This document shows, piece by piece, positions 26,826-36,288 of a DNA stretch of 64,000 nucleotides. Source of the stretch: an uncultured Gammaproteobacteria bacterium (GTDB lineage Bacteria > Patescibacteriota > Microgenomatia > UBA1406 > GWC2-37-13); contig CAYHIW010000001.1 in assembly GCA_964356745.1 (NCBI GenBank), positions 8,966 through 72,965 of the forward strand, written 5' to 3'. The notes under the pieces are model-generated. The model did no database searches and had not been told where the DNA came from. It was given only the letters and a program-made list of their open reading frames with translations. The position numbers and the translations under genes were made by a program. Position 1 is the first letter of the stretch, and the number at the start of each line of letters is the position of its first letter.

Positions 26826-27920
26826 TCAAGGGATATTCAACTTGAGGACTTTGTCATCTTCGGGCTGTGGAGTTCCTCTTCCGTCTTGATTGCTTGTCGT
26901 GATATACAGAGAACCATCAGGTCCTACAACGACATCTCTCACTCTACCGAGCTCTCCTTTAAATAGTTCCTCCACCTTTCTGGGAACACCATTTTCAAGA
27001 ACAGTCTTATATACTCCCTGTCCTCTAAGTCCTCCAAAGAACAGCGTATTATTTCGATACGCAATCCCAGCAGGCGCCCAGGTGTCATTTGCTCCAGAGT
27101 GCAAAATAGGCGTAATCATTCCTTCTCTCGTCTCATCTCCTTGTATTACCGGCCAACCATAGTTTTTTCCTTTTTCGATTCGATTTAACTCATCAAGTCC
27201 AGATACAATTCCTGAACGACCATGCTCGGTCGACCATAATATTCCGTTTTTATCCCATGTCAATCCTTGTGGATTACGATGTCCGTATGAAAATATTGTA
27301 GGAGTACCTCCGTTTTTATCTATTCTCAGAATTTTACCTGCGAGTGAGTTTGTATTTTGTGCTTGAGAAGGGTTTTGTGCATCTCCTGTGGTTATATAAA
27401 GTAATCCGTCTGGTCCAAACTTAATTCTTCCTCCATTATGATTTGATGCTCCTGGAATTGAATCAATAAGTATTTTGCGATCCGTCAGTTGATTATTTTT
27501 TAATTGGTATCGAACAACTCTATTTAACGTATCCTCCTTGTTGTTTGAGTACGTGTAATAAACGTAAATAAAGTGATTCGTATCAAAAGATGGATCCTTC
27601 TCAAGTCCCAGAAGCCCTCCCTCTCCTATTTCCTTAACATCTTCAATAGTAATAGTTGATTCTTTTTGATCGGGAGAAATGATACGGATTGTTCCTTTGC
27701 GCTCGGAGATAAGAAGCGTGTTATCGGGTAGAAATACGAGCGACCATGGAGTATCTAGATTTTTAGCAACAACCTCAACTTCCTGTGATTCCGACTCGTC
27801 TGTCATTCTGGCTTGACCAGAATCTAATGTTGAGATTGGAGTAATTTGTTTTTTAGAAGATAAAAAAAATACCCACACTCCTATACTAAGGATGAATATC
27901 AGTAATAAATACTTTTTCAT
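26826..27920 (-). CDS. PQQ-dependent sugar (glucose/sorbosone) dehydrogenase family beta-propeller
   Basis: GHRNPQGL, NYGWP, and an HNGG motif. N-terminal anchor. Confidence 0.85.
   Translation of the reverse strand: MKKYLLLIFILSIGVWVFFLSSKKQITPISTLDSGQARMTDESESQEVEVVAKNLDTPWSLVFLPDNTLLISERKGTIRIISPDQKESTITIEDVKEIGEGGLLGLEKDPSFDTNHFIYVYYTYSNNKEDTLNRVVRYQLKNNQLTDRKILIDSIPGASNHNGGRIKFGPDGLLYITTGDAQNPSQAQNTNSLAGKILRIDKNGGTPTIFSYGHRNPQGLTWDKNGILWSTEHGRSGIVSGLDELNRIEKGKNYGWPVIQGDETREGMITPILHSGANDTWAPAGIAYRNNTLFFGGLRGQGVYKTVLENGVPRKVEELFKGELGRVRDVVVGPDGSLYITTSNQDGRGTPQPEDDKVLKLNIP
27805..27823. repeat. perfect 7-bp-stem palindrome ATTCTGG-CTTGA-CCAGAAT inside a coding linker
   Basis: Read directly. 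Encodes DSGQARM in the anchor-to-propeller linker. Confidence 0.6.
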
Positions 27921-27946
27921 ACGCTTAGTATAGGAGATTTAGTGAG

Positions 27947-28168
27947 CTATGGTTTAACAGCGTAACGTTGTTTCATTCGCAACTGTGCAGCTTTTCGCTT
28001 ATCTGCAAGTTTTTTGTTTTCTTTGTTCACGATCTTTTGGCAGTCTTTATCGGGACAAGCTGATTCAGTTGTCGTAATATAAGAACCAAAAACCTTTTCT
28101 TTCCAGATACGAGTAACTACTCGCTCCTTACCACAGCGTGAGCATAGATTTTTATATTGGTCGTTCAT
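27947..28168 (-). CDS. small zinc-ribbon-like protein (73 aa)
   Basis: CSRCGK ... CPDKDC. ATGA coupling to the upstream RRM gene. Confidence 0.55.
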   Translation of the reverse strand: MNDQYKNLCSRCGKERVVTRIWKEKVFGSYITTTESACPDKDCQKIVNKENKKLADKRKAAQLRMKQRYAVKP

Positions 28169-28449
28169 CGTTGTCTTCGGAAGGGTTTTCGGTCTCCTCC
28201 TGTTTTTGGTTGAGCTTTGTTGACTACAATGCTTCTACCTTCAACTTCTTTTCCATCCATTTCAAGTGCTTTTTGCATATCTGCTTCTTGAGCAAATGTT
28301 ACAAATCCAAATCCTTTTGATCTTCCTGTATCTCGATCTGAGATAACGATTGCTTCTGTAATTTCACCATAAACTGAAAATAGTTCACGTAACGAATCTG
28401 AAGTAATTGACCACGGCAAACTGCCGACAAATATTTTTGAGTTATCCAT
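28165..28449 (-). CDS. RRM-type RNA-binding protein
   Basis: RNP2 IFVGSL and RNP1 KGFGFVTF. Confidence 0.9.
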   Translation of the reverse strand: MDNSKIFVGSLPWSITSDSLRELFSVYGEITEAIVISDRDTGRSKGFGFVTFAQEADMQKALEMDGKEVEGRSIVVNKAQPKTGGDRKPFRRQR

Positions 28450-28557
28450 TATGTAAGTATCACCGCCTTTAGTATTTAATTATGAAGATGTATTCTCTAA
28501 TCATCTTAACAGATATTAATTCTCTCACATCAGGATGACAATTACCACTGCAACTTA

Positions 28558-29502
28558 TTACCAATCCTCTTCAATTAGATCTTTTAGCGTTGTTTCTACC
28601 TCTTTTGTTTCTGTATCTCCTAAGCTTGGATACATCGACACTACGCCAAAATCTACGGTATGTCCACACATATACATAGCTTTTCTTTCAGAATGGAGTT
28701 CTCGTATTGGATCTTGACCATCAACCATAAAGTCACTCTGTTGAAGGAAGGGTTTTGAATCGATTTTCCTAAGGGAAATTGTCCAGTTTGAGTCTTTATG
28801 AATAATTGCTCTCCCAATCGCATAAACGTAAACTCCATCGATAATACTTATTCCATGAAAAAACATAAGCGCATCTTGTTCATTGATCCAAATTGGCGGA
28901 CTCGTGGTACCAATTCTCCAAAATGCCCATTCGAGACTATCGGGAAAAACAAGAACGCCTGTTTGCTCCATTTCTCCGTTTTCGCTAACTCGAGTTAACA
29001 CTGATAAACTATGGTTTGTTGATTCTGGTCTAAAGAAAAAAGTATCCTCATCAACCGGAGTCATATTTTTACCTGGGCCAAAATCAAATATGGGATCTGT
29101 TGGCGGAATATCGGTCGGTTCATCTCGCGAAGGGAGTCGTGTAACTGCAGGATATGGAACGGGATTACCATTTTCATAAATGACCGCTGTCATCCCAAGC
29201 ACTACTTCATCGTTAACAACAAGCGCTCTTGGATCTTCAAGAAGAACTGCTTGTCCATCAGGCCTCCACGCGATATGTTCGTTACCTGTCCCAATATGGA
29301 GTTTTACCAAGTTTCCCACATCTGGCTGGTCAAAAGTTGGAACGGTATCCAGAACCTCTCGTGCCAAAAGTACTGTATCTCCATGTGACGTAGTCCACGC
29401 AGCAGCATTGAATCTTGATTTTAGTTGAGGATGTTGATTTATTTTAAATCTCGGAACCGGACTTTTTCTCACCTCTACTTCTCGCTCCAAAATGGAGGTC
29501 AT
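28558..29502 (-). CDS. hypothetical protein (314 aa)
   Basis: Long ORF with an ATG start. No motif confidently recognised. Confidence 0.75.
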   Translation of the reverse strand: MTSILEREVEVRKSPVPRFKINQHPQLKSRFNAAAWTTSHGDTVLLAREVLDTVPTFDQPDVGNLVKLHIGTGNEHIAWRPDGQAVLLEDPRALVVNDEVVLGMTAVIYENGNPVPYPAVTRLPSRDEPTDIPPTDPIFDFGPGKNMTPVDEDTFFFRPESTNHSLSVLTRVSENGEMEQTGVLVFPDSLEWAFWRIGTTSPPIWINEQDALMFFHGISIIDGVYVYAIGRAIIHKDSNWTISLRKIDSKPFLQQSDFMVDGQDPIRELHSERKAMYMCGHTVDFGVVSMYPSLGDTETKEVETTLKDLIEEDW

Positions 29503-29578
29503 ACTTATTATAGTAGGACGAATTTTCCTATTAGCAAGCGCAACTTATTGTTAAGAAAATAGCGTATAATTACGGTAG

Positions 29579-29764
29579 ATGTCGTCAAAGAAGAAATCAC
29601 TCATCAAATATCTTTGTCCTTTCTGCAGAATAGAAATAACTTCTTCAAAAAAAACAGAGATTTATTATCGAAGTCACTGGATTAATGGATGTAATGATTG
29701 CTTTACACTGTCAATAAGTGAGGCAACAGCTCTTAACTTTCAACAGAGTGACTGTCAGATGTAA
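29579..29764 (+). CDS. possible small zinc-ribbon protein (61 aa)
   Basis: CPFC ... CNDC. TATAAT lies 8 nt upstream of the ATG. Overlaps the GIY-YIG 3' end by 32 nt. Confidence 0.3.
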   Translation: MSSKKKSLIKYLCPFCRIEITSSKKTEIYYRSHWINGCNDCFTLSISEATALNFQQSDCQM

Positions 29765-29999
29765 TCAACGCTTCTTTTTGCGCTTTTGTCAACTTTTTAA
29801 CCTCTCGTTCTCTTTTCATTGCCGCCTGAATATCGGGATATTGCTCTGAATACACAAGTTGTACTGGTTTTTTGGCTCTGAGATATTTTGCTCCTTTGGA
29901 CGTTGAAGAATTATGCTCCCTCACTCTTTTTTCCAAGTTATTGGTCATTCCACAGTAAAGTGAGTTATCTGAACAACGCAGAATGTAACAGTAGTACAT
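29733..29999 (-). CDS. GIY-YIG nuclease superfamily protein (stand-alone, 88 aa)
   Basis: YYCYILRC..SLYCGMTNNLEKRVREHN. Confidence 0.85.
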   Translation of the reverse strand: MYYCYILRCSDNSLYCGMTNNLEKRVREHNSSTSKGAKYLRAKKPVQLVYSEQYPDIQAAMKREREVKKLTKAQKEALITSDSHSVES

Positions 30000-30006
30000 G
30001 AATCAA

Positions 30007-30375
30007 TTATGCAGAGTCTTCTCTTTGAAAGCGAGGGCTGTTGAACGCGATCATTCTCATATTACCTGAATCGAAATAAGGTGTTCCTCGTGGAATAAAA
30101 ACCAAATCTCCACCCTGTACCGAAACAGTTTCTCCATTAACATGAAAGTCTCCTGCGCCTTCAATTACGTAATAGAAAGCGTCACTTGATGAATTAACCG
30201 TCTCATCATTTGTATTTCGAAGCGTAACTAAAGCTGCGCTCATACTAGGAACATCAACTCTATCAAATAGCGATTGTACGGATATTACTCCTCGCTTCTC
30301 TGCGGGCACTCGAGATGATCTTATCACTTCGAACGAAGGTTGTGGCTGTGATGGTTGTGATTGTTCTGCAGACAT
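30007..30375 (-). CDS. cupin domain protein
   Basis: FYYVIEGAGDFHVNGETVSVQGGDLVFIPRGTPY. ATG at 30375 preferred to TTG at 30414. Confidence 0.7.
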   Translation of the reverse strand: MSAEQSQPSQPQPSFEVIRSSRVPAEKRGVISVQSLFDRVDVPSMSAALVTLRNTNDETVNSSSDAFYYVIEGAGDFHVNGETVSVQGGDLVFIPRGTPYFDSGNMRMIAFNSPRFQREDSA

Positions 30376-30513
30376 GAAGTTAATTATATCACACAGCCTA
30401 TCCCCACAACCCAAATCATTTGCCTTGTATACCTACGCGGTGTACAATCGGCTGGCTATTTTATAAATTACCAGTAGAGTACGATCGTGTTTTATTAGTT
30501 CGGTTGGGGATTT

Positions 30514-30777
30514 TTATTTGTATTTAATTTTCATGATGATGATAAGCAGGCTTAGGATAAAAATAACACTATTAACAATGACAATTGGGGTTGCAGATAT
30601 TAACAATCCATATGACACCCACAATATAGTTCCAATTAAAATCAGGGAGAAAGAAAGAAGTGAAACATCTTTAGCGCTTTTGGTTTTATAAATTTGAATT
30701 ACTTGTGGCAAAAATACCATGGTACCTAGCGCTGTTGCGGTGTATCCCAAAATATCTGCAATTAACTGTTTACTCAT
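30514..30777 (-). CDS. SemiSWEET / PQ-loop 3-TM transporter
   Basis: 87 aa, three TM helices, LPQ motif in TM1. Confidence 0.75.
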   Translation of the reverse strand: MSKQLIADILGYTATALGTMVFLPQVIQIYKTKSAKDVSLLSFSLILIGTILWVSYGLLISATPIVIVNSVIFILSLLIIIMKIKYK

Positions 30778-31135
30778 TTGATTGTTGAAGTGTAGCTAAA
30801 GTTTCTTGGAGTTTGGTTTTTTGATCTTGCGAGAGCGAATCGTTTATTGAGTCGATGAATTGAATGGTTGTGGTTTTTGATACCTCCTCGAGCTTTTTTT
30901 CTATCTGCTCATCGGTAAACTTCGCATTTAAAATACCCTGTATTTTGTTTGAGTCATTTGCACTCGTCTGAATTTCTGCAATAACTACGTCTTGTTGATC
31001 TTGTGGAAGAGTTTTGATTAATGAAAACATTGTTTCTAGATAAATATTTCTTAAATATTCAAAGATAAATTTACCCTTATCGTCTTGATAGTCAATCGCG
31101 TCAAGAATTTTCTGAAGGAGATCTTTGGGGTTCAT
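30770..31135 (-). CDS. hypothetical protein (121 aa, acidic, helical)
   Basis: ORF with an 8-nt overlap to the downstream gene. Confidence 0.65.
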   Translation of the reverse strand: MNPKDLLQKILDAIDYQDDKGKFIFEYLRNIYLETMFSLIKTLPQDQQDVVIAEIQTSANDSNKIQGILNAKFTDEQIEKKLEEVSKTTTIQFIDSINDSLSQDQKTKLQETLATLQQSNE

Positions 31136-31401
31136 ACGCGTGTTTGTCTATTATGATCTCTAAGTAGTTTTGTGTATGCGAGAGCTGATGCAATTCCAGT
31201 GGCGATTCCAGTAACTCTTGATGGTGTATCACCAAATGCAATGAGGGCGCCAGAGGCGATCTCTGTACCTGCAAAAAGCGATCCGGCGATTTTATTGAAA
31301 TGTCTCGTAACAAAATGGCTTGCTTCTTGAGTGGGAGTTTTTACCGGCCTTTGTTCGGCTGTTGAATCCATATAATAATCATTATACAAAGCTATAGCCA
31401 T
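31132..31401 (-). CDS. hypothetical small protein with Gly-zipper-like segment
   Basis: The track ORF start (31452) would overlap tRNA-Gln, so the internal ATG at 31401 (or 31371) is more plausible. GTEIASGALIAFG..GIATGIASALA. Confidence 0.45.
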   Translation of the reverse strand: MAIALYNDYYMDSTAEQRPVKTPTQEASHFVTRHFNKIAGSLFAGTEIASGALIAFGDTPSRVTGIATGIASALAYTKLLRDHNRQTRV

Positions 31402-31437
31402 AAAACAAGCTCCAAATTTGGTAAAATAGGGTAGATT

Positions 31438-31511
31438 TGCCCGGTCGTTCAATGGCAGGACAGCAGACTTTGGATCTGCTTATCGAGGTTCGAATCCTCG
31501 CTGGGCAGCCA
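31438..31511 (+). tRNA. tRNA-Gln (anticodon UUG), CCA encoded
   Basis: Hand-folded cloverleaf. Acceptor TGCCCGG/CTGGGCA (U1:A72), anticodon loop CTTTGGA, T-arm CGAGG-TTCGAAT-CCTCG, discriminator G, CCA. Confidence 0.9.
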
Positions 31512-31544
31512 AGACGTGAATAAAAGTTTATTTATAAAAACAAG

Positions 31545-32402
31545 ATGGCTGATGCGAGCAATTCTCTAATTAACCTTGGCGATATATCGAAACCAGCAAC
31601 AGTTTTGATTGAAAAAGTCTCTGATGCAGTCGGAGCTATCTTTCTTCCTCATCAAATTGAACGTATAGCAAAAGCAGAAGCAAAAGCAGATAAAATCAAA
31701 GCAGTTTCTCATATAGAGATAACTAAATTGCAGAAAAGAGCACTAAGAAGACTACTACAAGAAGAGTCGGATAAACAAAAGAATATTGAGAACGTTACTC
31801 AGAAAGCATTACCTCTTTTAACTAAGACGTCAAGCCCAAAGGACATAGAACGAGACTGGCTCGTAAATTTTTTCGACAAAGCAAGAATGATTTCTGACTC
31901 AGAAATGCAGGATTTATGGAGCAAGATATTGGCTGGAGAGGCAAATGTTCCCGGCACTTTTTCTAAAAGAACTATAAATACAATCGCCTCTCTTGATAAA
32001 AAAGATGCATCTCTTTTTAATTCTCTTTCTAATTTCGTATGGGATTTAGGCAAAACAACAGTTCCATTAGTTTTTGACGTTAAAGATAAAATCTATAACA
32101 ATTATGGAATCAACTTTGAAACACTCAAACATCTCGATTCAATTGGCTTAATAAACTTCGAGTCTCTTGCCGGGTACACTCTTGGAAGCTTGCCTCAAAG
32201 TATAAAAATATTCTATAGAGGGAGATCGCTTAGTATAACTTTTGGAAAAAGTGAGAAAAATGAATTGAATGTAGGATCAGTTTTGCTCACGAGCGTTGGA
32301 AAAGATCTTGTCAAAATTTGTGATACAAAAAATATAAGCGGCTTCATGGAATACACTATTGATAAATGGAAGCAGGACGCCAATATTATTAAGTCCACAT
32401 AG
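31545..32402 (+). CDS. DUF2806-like protein
   Basis: ERDWLVNFFDKARMISDSEMQDLWSKILAGEANVPGTFSKRT resembles the DUF2806 core from memory. TATAAA lies 6 nt upstream of the ATG. Confidence 0.6.
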   Translation: MADASNSLINLGDISKPATVLIEKVSDAVGAIFLPHQIERIAKAEAKADKIKAVSHIEITKLQKRALRRLLQEESDKQKNIENVTQKALPLLTKTSSPKDIERDWLVNFFDKARMISDSEMQDLWSKILAGEANVPGTFSKRTINTIASLDKKDASLFNSLSNFVWDLGKTTVPLVFDVKDKIYNNYGINFETLKHLDSIGLINFESLAGYTLGSLPQSIKIFYRGRSLSITFGKSEKNELNVGSVLLTSVGKDLVKICDTKNISGFMEYTIDKWKQDANIIKST

Positions 32403-32520
32403 TAATAAAGTTATAAGGATATTCTGGGTCTTGACCGATACGTTTAACCAACCCTTCACAACAATCCAAACAGTTTCATCCTAATAGGATGGTTGAGTTT
32501 TATTGTATAATTCTTTTGTT

Positions 32521-32955
32521 ATGGAAGTTAATCATAGAGATCTTACACGTAAATTTGTCGCAGTATTGAATAAAAAGATTCCTTTGGGAAATTTGATGAA
32601 CGCGTTGGGGCATATGGCAGCTGGTTTATCGGCTGATTATCCAAACATTTCTGAAATGAGATTTGATAATTATTTTGACAAAGACGGGGGGACTCATAAA
32701 AACATATCCGATAATCCATTCATCATCCTTCAAGCCGATAATTCCAATAAGATAAGAACGTTACGAAATGCACTAATTGAGAAAGGTATTCATTTTTCTG
32801 ATTTCACCAATACAATGATTGTTGGTACCTACATTGAGCAGCACCAAAGAACAAAAGAAACGCCAGAAGCAGAACTAGAATATTACGGAATCTGTTTATT
32901 CGGCGAAATCGATCGAGTGAATGAACTTACTAAGAAATTCTCATTGTGGAGATAA
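32521..32955 (+). CDS. DUF2000-like protein
   Basis: KFVAVLNKKIPLGNLMNALGHMAAGL pattern. Assignment tentative. ATG at 32521 preferred to TTG at 32503. Confidence 0.5.
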   Translation: MEVNHRDLTRKFVAVLNKKIPLGNLMNALGHMAAGLSADYPNISEMRFDNYFDKDGGTHKNISDNPFIILQADNSNKIRTLRNALIEKGIHFSDFTNTMIVGTYIEQHQRTKETPEAELEYYGICLFGEIDRVNELTKKFSLWR

Positions 32956-32962
32956 TGAATTC

Positions 32963-34165
32963 TTATTCTTTGTAGAATTTTTTGTTTTTTAGTTTTTCGG
33001 GGAGAAATCCTTTTCCGTCTTTGGGCCCGACATAATCTGAAGACCACGTATAGTCCTTGCCATAACTTAATTTCTTCATTAATTTTGTCGGTGCATTACG
33101 TAGATGAAGAGGAACCGGCTCGTTGGGAAAATCATAAACTGCTGCTTTTGCTGCACCTAACGCATTGGTTGTGGCGCGTGACTTTTTGGCTGTCGCAAGA
33201 TAGATACAAATATGCGCAAGTATCAGCTGTGCCTCTGGCATGCCGATTTTATCAACTGCTTCAAATCCAGCGTTAGCCTGGATGAGCGCTCCTCGATCTG
33301 CAAGACCAATATCCTCTGATGCGAATATGATCATGCGACGAGCTATGAACTTTGGATCTTCTCCATTCTCCAACATCCGCGCAAGATAATACAAAGCAGC
33401 ATCCGGGTCAGACCCTCTCATCGACTTAATAAACGCAGAAATGATATTGTAATGTTCGTCAGCTTTTTTATCGTACAACCCCGCTGTCCTTGTCTGAAAA
33501 ATATCTTCAATAATGTTTGTGGTGATCTGTTTTTCTTTATAATTAACGCTCGCCATCTCAATTGCGTTTAAAAGTACTCTCGCATCTCCTCCAGAAAGCC
33601 GTATCAAAAACTGAGCTGTTTTTTTGTCAATCTTTTTACCGTGCACACCCATTCCTTTTTTCTTATCAGTTAATGCCCTCTTTATAACTTTCAAAAGATC
33701 GTCTTCCGAAAGACTTTCTAAAACAAATACTTTACATCGTGATAAAAGCGCGCTGTTTACTTCAAAAGAAGGGTTTTCGGTAGTTGCACCGATTAAGGTA
33801 ATGAGCCCCGACTCAACATACGGAAGTAAGACATCCTGCTGAGCTTTGTTCCATCGATGTATCTCGTCTATGAATACAATTGTCTTTTTCTGAAAAAGAG
33901 TTTGCTCTTTTGCCTTTCTTACGATTTTCTGAAGATCTTCTTTACCAGTAGAAACTGCTGAAAGCATATGAAAGTCTGCCTCTACTTCGTGAGCAATGAT
34001 TGAAGCGAGAGTTGTCTTACCACTTCCAGGTGGTCCCCAAAGAATGATTGAAAATAGCGTATCAGACTCGATCATTCTTCGAATGAGCTTCCCCGGTCCG
34101 ACTAGTTCTTCCTGGCCTACGAATTCTTTAAGTGATTGAGGACGCATCTGATATGCAAGATTCAT
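32963..34165 (-). CDS. rarA: replication-associated recombination protein A (AAA+)
   Basis: GPPGSGKTTLA, FIDEIHR, C-terminal MgsA domain (HYNIISAFIKSMRGSDPDAALYYL). Confidence 0.9.
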   Translation of the reverse strand: MNLAYQMRPQSLKEFVGQEELVGPGKLIRRMIESDTLFSIILWGPPGSGKTTLASIIAHEVEADFHMLSAVSTGKEDLQKIVRKAKEQTLFQKKTIVFIDEIHRWNKAQQDVLLPYVESGLITLIGATTENPSFEVNSALLSRCKVFVLESLSEDDLLKVIKRALTDKKKGMGVHGKKIDKKTAQFLIRLSGGDARVLLNAIEMASVNYKEKQITTNIIEDIFQTRTAGLYDKKADEHYNIISAFIKSMRGSDPDAALYYLARMLENGEDPKFIARRMIIFASEDIGLADRGALIQANAGFEAVDKIGMPEAQLILAHICIYLATAKKSRATTNALGAAKAAVYDFPNEPVPLHLRNAPTKLMKKLSYGKDYTWSSDYVGPKDGKGFLPEKLKNKKFYKE

Positions 34166-34272
34166 GAAATTATTCTAGCATACAAGTCAAAGAAGTTGTG
34201 AACGATCGTTCCCAACCAACCGCGATATTACATCACCCCGGTGCAACTGGTAGAATTTTGTATACTTTCTGC

Positions 34273-34830
34273 ATGAAAATCAAGCTTCTAAAAAAAGAGT
34301 TGATATTTTCTTATATAAATATAGCTATTCTTATATTCAATATTTTTTTAACTATATTCAACCTCTATCTTGTTAAGCAATCAAATAAAATAAGTAGTAA
34401 CAGTCTCGGATTTGCCGTTGATTCCAGAAGTCAAGACTATGTAACTAAAGCTTATGATCAACTCTATTTAAATCAACACAACTTAGACATGATAAATCAA
34501 TTGAAACAACAAGATTTAATAAAAGATGAAGCTAAATTATTAAAGATCGTAGATGTTCTAGAAGAGATTGGGTCAAATTTTTGTCAAGGTACTGTTAAAG
34601 CAAGACATATAAGAATTTACCTCCAAAATACAATCGCGTTGACGTGCAACAGTGATGAAATCCTAAAATATTTTAATGGAAAGAAAAATGGAAATGCCAT
34701 ACTTTGTTCTGAATTTTTCCCAGAGTCGAAGTTTGCAAAAACATTACAAAGTAAGTACATAAATACATGTGAGTTTGTCGATAGTGCTAGATTTCCCAAA
34801 ACTATCAATAAATTAAAATTTGAATATTAA
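34273..34830 (+). CDS. hypothetical membrane-anchored protein (185 aa), very AT-rich
   Basis: ATG at 34273 and an N-terminal TM. No homolog recognised. Confidence 0.55.
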   Translation: MKIKLLKKELIFSYINIAILIFNIFLTIFNLYLVKQSNKISSNSLGFAVDSRSQDYVTKAYDQLYLNQHNLDMINQLKQQDLIKDEAKLLKIVDVLEEIGSNFCQGTVKARHIRIYLQNTIALTCNSDEILKYFNGKKNGNAILCSEFFPESKFAKTLQSKYINTCEFVDSARFPKTINKLKFEY

Positions 34831-35015
34831 TATCTTCTAAATTTTTAAGAGTGTTTTGTTTATAAATAGGATACTTTCTTCATGCGACTGATTCTAATAT
34901 TCGTACTAATTAAGTGGTATAAAGACAGGATAATACTTTCACAACAGCCCAATTAGCGAGTTTTGTAGCATATAGTCCATAGACAAAGAAATCTACCTTA
35001 ATAATAATTATCTGC

Positions 35016-35204
35016 ATGCGCATTGTTCTTAATAATTTTCAGACACGTTTACTGGCAGAGTTTTTATCAAATATGTCTATTCCTTTATTTGCAACTGCTT
35101 TCATAGCAAAACCAGCTTCGATTTTTGAGTTCTATAAATTTACTGTGCTTGGTATAATGACTTTAGGTATCGCATTAATTATGCTAAGGGAGGTGAAAAG
35201 ATGA
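35016..35204 (+). CDS. small hydrophobic protein (62 aa)
   Basis: Two hydrophobic helices. Its stop overlaps the start of the next small ORF (ATGA). Confidence 0.4.
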   Translation: MRIVLNNFQTRLLAEFLSNMSIPLFATAFIAKPASIFEFYKFTVLGIMTLGIALIMLREVKR

Positions 35205-35308
35205 TATCCATTGAATCGTTAAATCTAGGAGCAATAACATGGGGTATTATTCTGATTATCTTTCTTCTTCTTGTAATTGCTGGGAGAATCACTTTCAAAA
35301 AAGATTAG
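35201..35308 (+). CDS. small hydrophobic peptide (35 aa)
   Basis: Not in the track. MISIESLNLGAITWGIILIIFLLLVIAGRITFKKD. Strong SD GGGAGGTG 6 nt upstream. Confidence 0.4.
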   Translation: MISIESLNLGAITWGIILIIFLLLVIAGRITFKKD

Positions 35309-35360
35309 GTGTCTACATTGGCCTAGTAGAACAATCCGAATGGAGTTAATTTTCACACTT

Positions 35361-35369
35361 TGATATACT
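35361..35369 (+). promoter_or_regulatory. extended -10 (TGaTATACT) 6 nt upstream of the era ATG
   Basis: Read directly. No SD. Confidence 0.4.
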
Positions 35370-35375
35370 TTCATC

Positions 35376-36257
35376 ATGAAATCAGGGACGGTACTTATAT
35401 TAGGAAGACCAAATGTGGGTAAATCTACATTTGTAAATAACGTGATCGGACAAAAAGTAGCAATCACCTCTCCCAAGCCTCAGACAACGCGCACGCCAAT
35501 CCAGGCAGTTTACAAAGAAGATCGAGGATCAATATTTTTCGTGGATACGCCAGGTATTTTTGACCGCGCCAAAGATACGCTCGCCAAAAAAATAAACGAC
35601 CAAACATTTTCAACATTCTCTAAAGAAATTGACGTAGTTCTTTATATGGTCGATCACACCAGAAAACGAGACTTTGAAGAAGCCAAAGTTCTGGGAATTG
35701 TTCGCAAAATAAAAAAACCCAAGATCCTCGTCATCAATAAAATCGATATGGAAGAAAGATCGTTTCTGGCACAGTATGAATTCCTTCGAGATGAATTTGA
35801 AAACGTTTATAAAATCTCAGCACTAAACAGAACCCACGTCAAACCACTTTTGGACAAAATTTTCGAACTATTACCGGACAAACTCGTTAACCCATTAACT
35901 CGTGAACACGAAAACTACAACGCAACAGGGCACCCTCTACTCAGTATGGACAGCAAAGCCTTTGTCGCAGAACTTATTCGCGAGAAAATATTTCTCAAAA
36001 CAGGAGAGGAAATTCCCTATACCATCACCGTTGTTGTTGATGAGATTACTGAACGGAATCCCGGACTCACCTACGTCAAAGCACGCATCCTCACCACCGA
36101 TAAACGATACAAGAAAATGCTCATTGGTTCTGAAGGACGCAAAATAAAAGAATTTGGGAGTATGGCACGTAAAGAAATCGCACTTGCGACAAACAAGAAG
36201 ATCTATCTCGACCTCAGCGTTGAGGTTGATCCCCACTGGCCAGAGCTTATCTATTGA
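35376..36257 (+). CDS. era: GTPase Era
   Basis: GRPNVGKST, DTPG, NKID, C-terminal KH domain. Confidence 0.92.
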   Translation: MKSGTVLILGRPNVGKSTFVNNVIGQKVAITSPKPQTTRTPIQAVYKEDRGSIFFVDTPGIFDRAKDTLAKKINDQTFSTFSKEIDVVLYMVDHTRKRDFEEAKVLGIVRKIKKPKILVINKIDMEERSFLAQYEFLRDEFENVYKISALNRTHVKPLLDKIFELLPDKLVNPLTREHENYNATGHPLLSMDSKAFVAELIREKIFLKTGEEIPYTITVVVDEITERNPGLTYVKARILTTDKRYKKMLIGSEGRKIKEFGSMARKEIALATNKKIYLDLSVEVDPHWPELIY

Positions 36258-36288
36258 GAATGACGAGTTAAAAAATTAAAATAATAGG

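Noticed and set aside
28450-28557. Hairpin AAGATG-N11-CATCTT as a terminator of the 314-aa gene.
   Set aside because: It has only a 6-bp AT-rich stem and no U-tract on the relevant (minus) strand.
31512-32520. att-like duplication of the tRNA-Gln 3' end that would delimit an integrated island.
   Set aside because: No copy of GGTTCGAATCCTCGCTGGGCA, or a substantial part of it, was seen downstream by eye. The island idea is kept only as a low-interest finding.
35225-35476. 83-aa minus-strand ORF spanning the era start region.
   Set aside because: It overlaps the conserved era G1 motif on the opposite strand and also the SD-led 35-aa peptide. It has no start signal.
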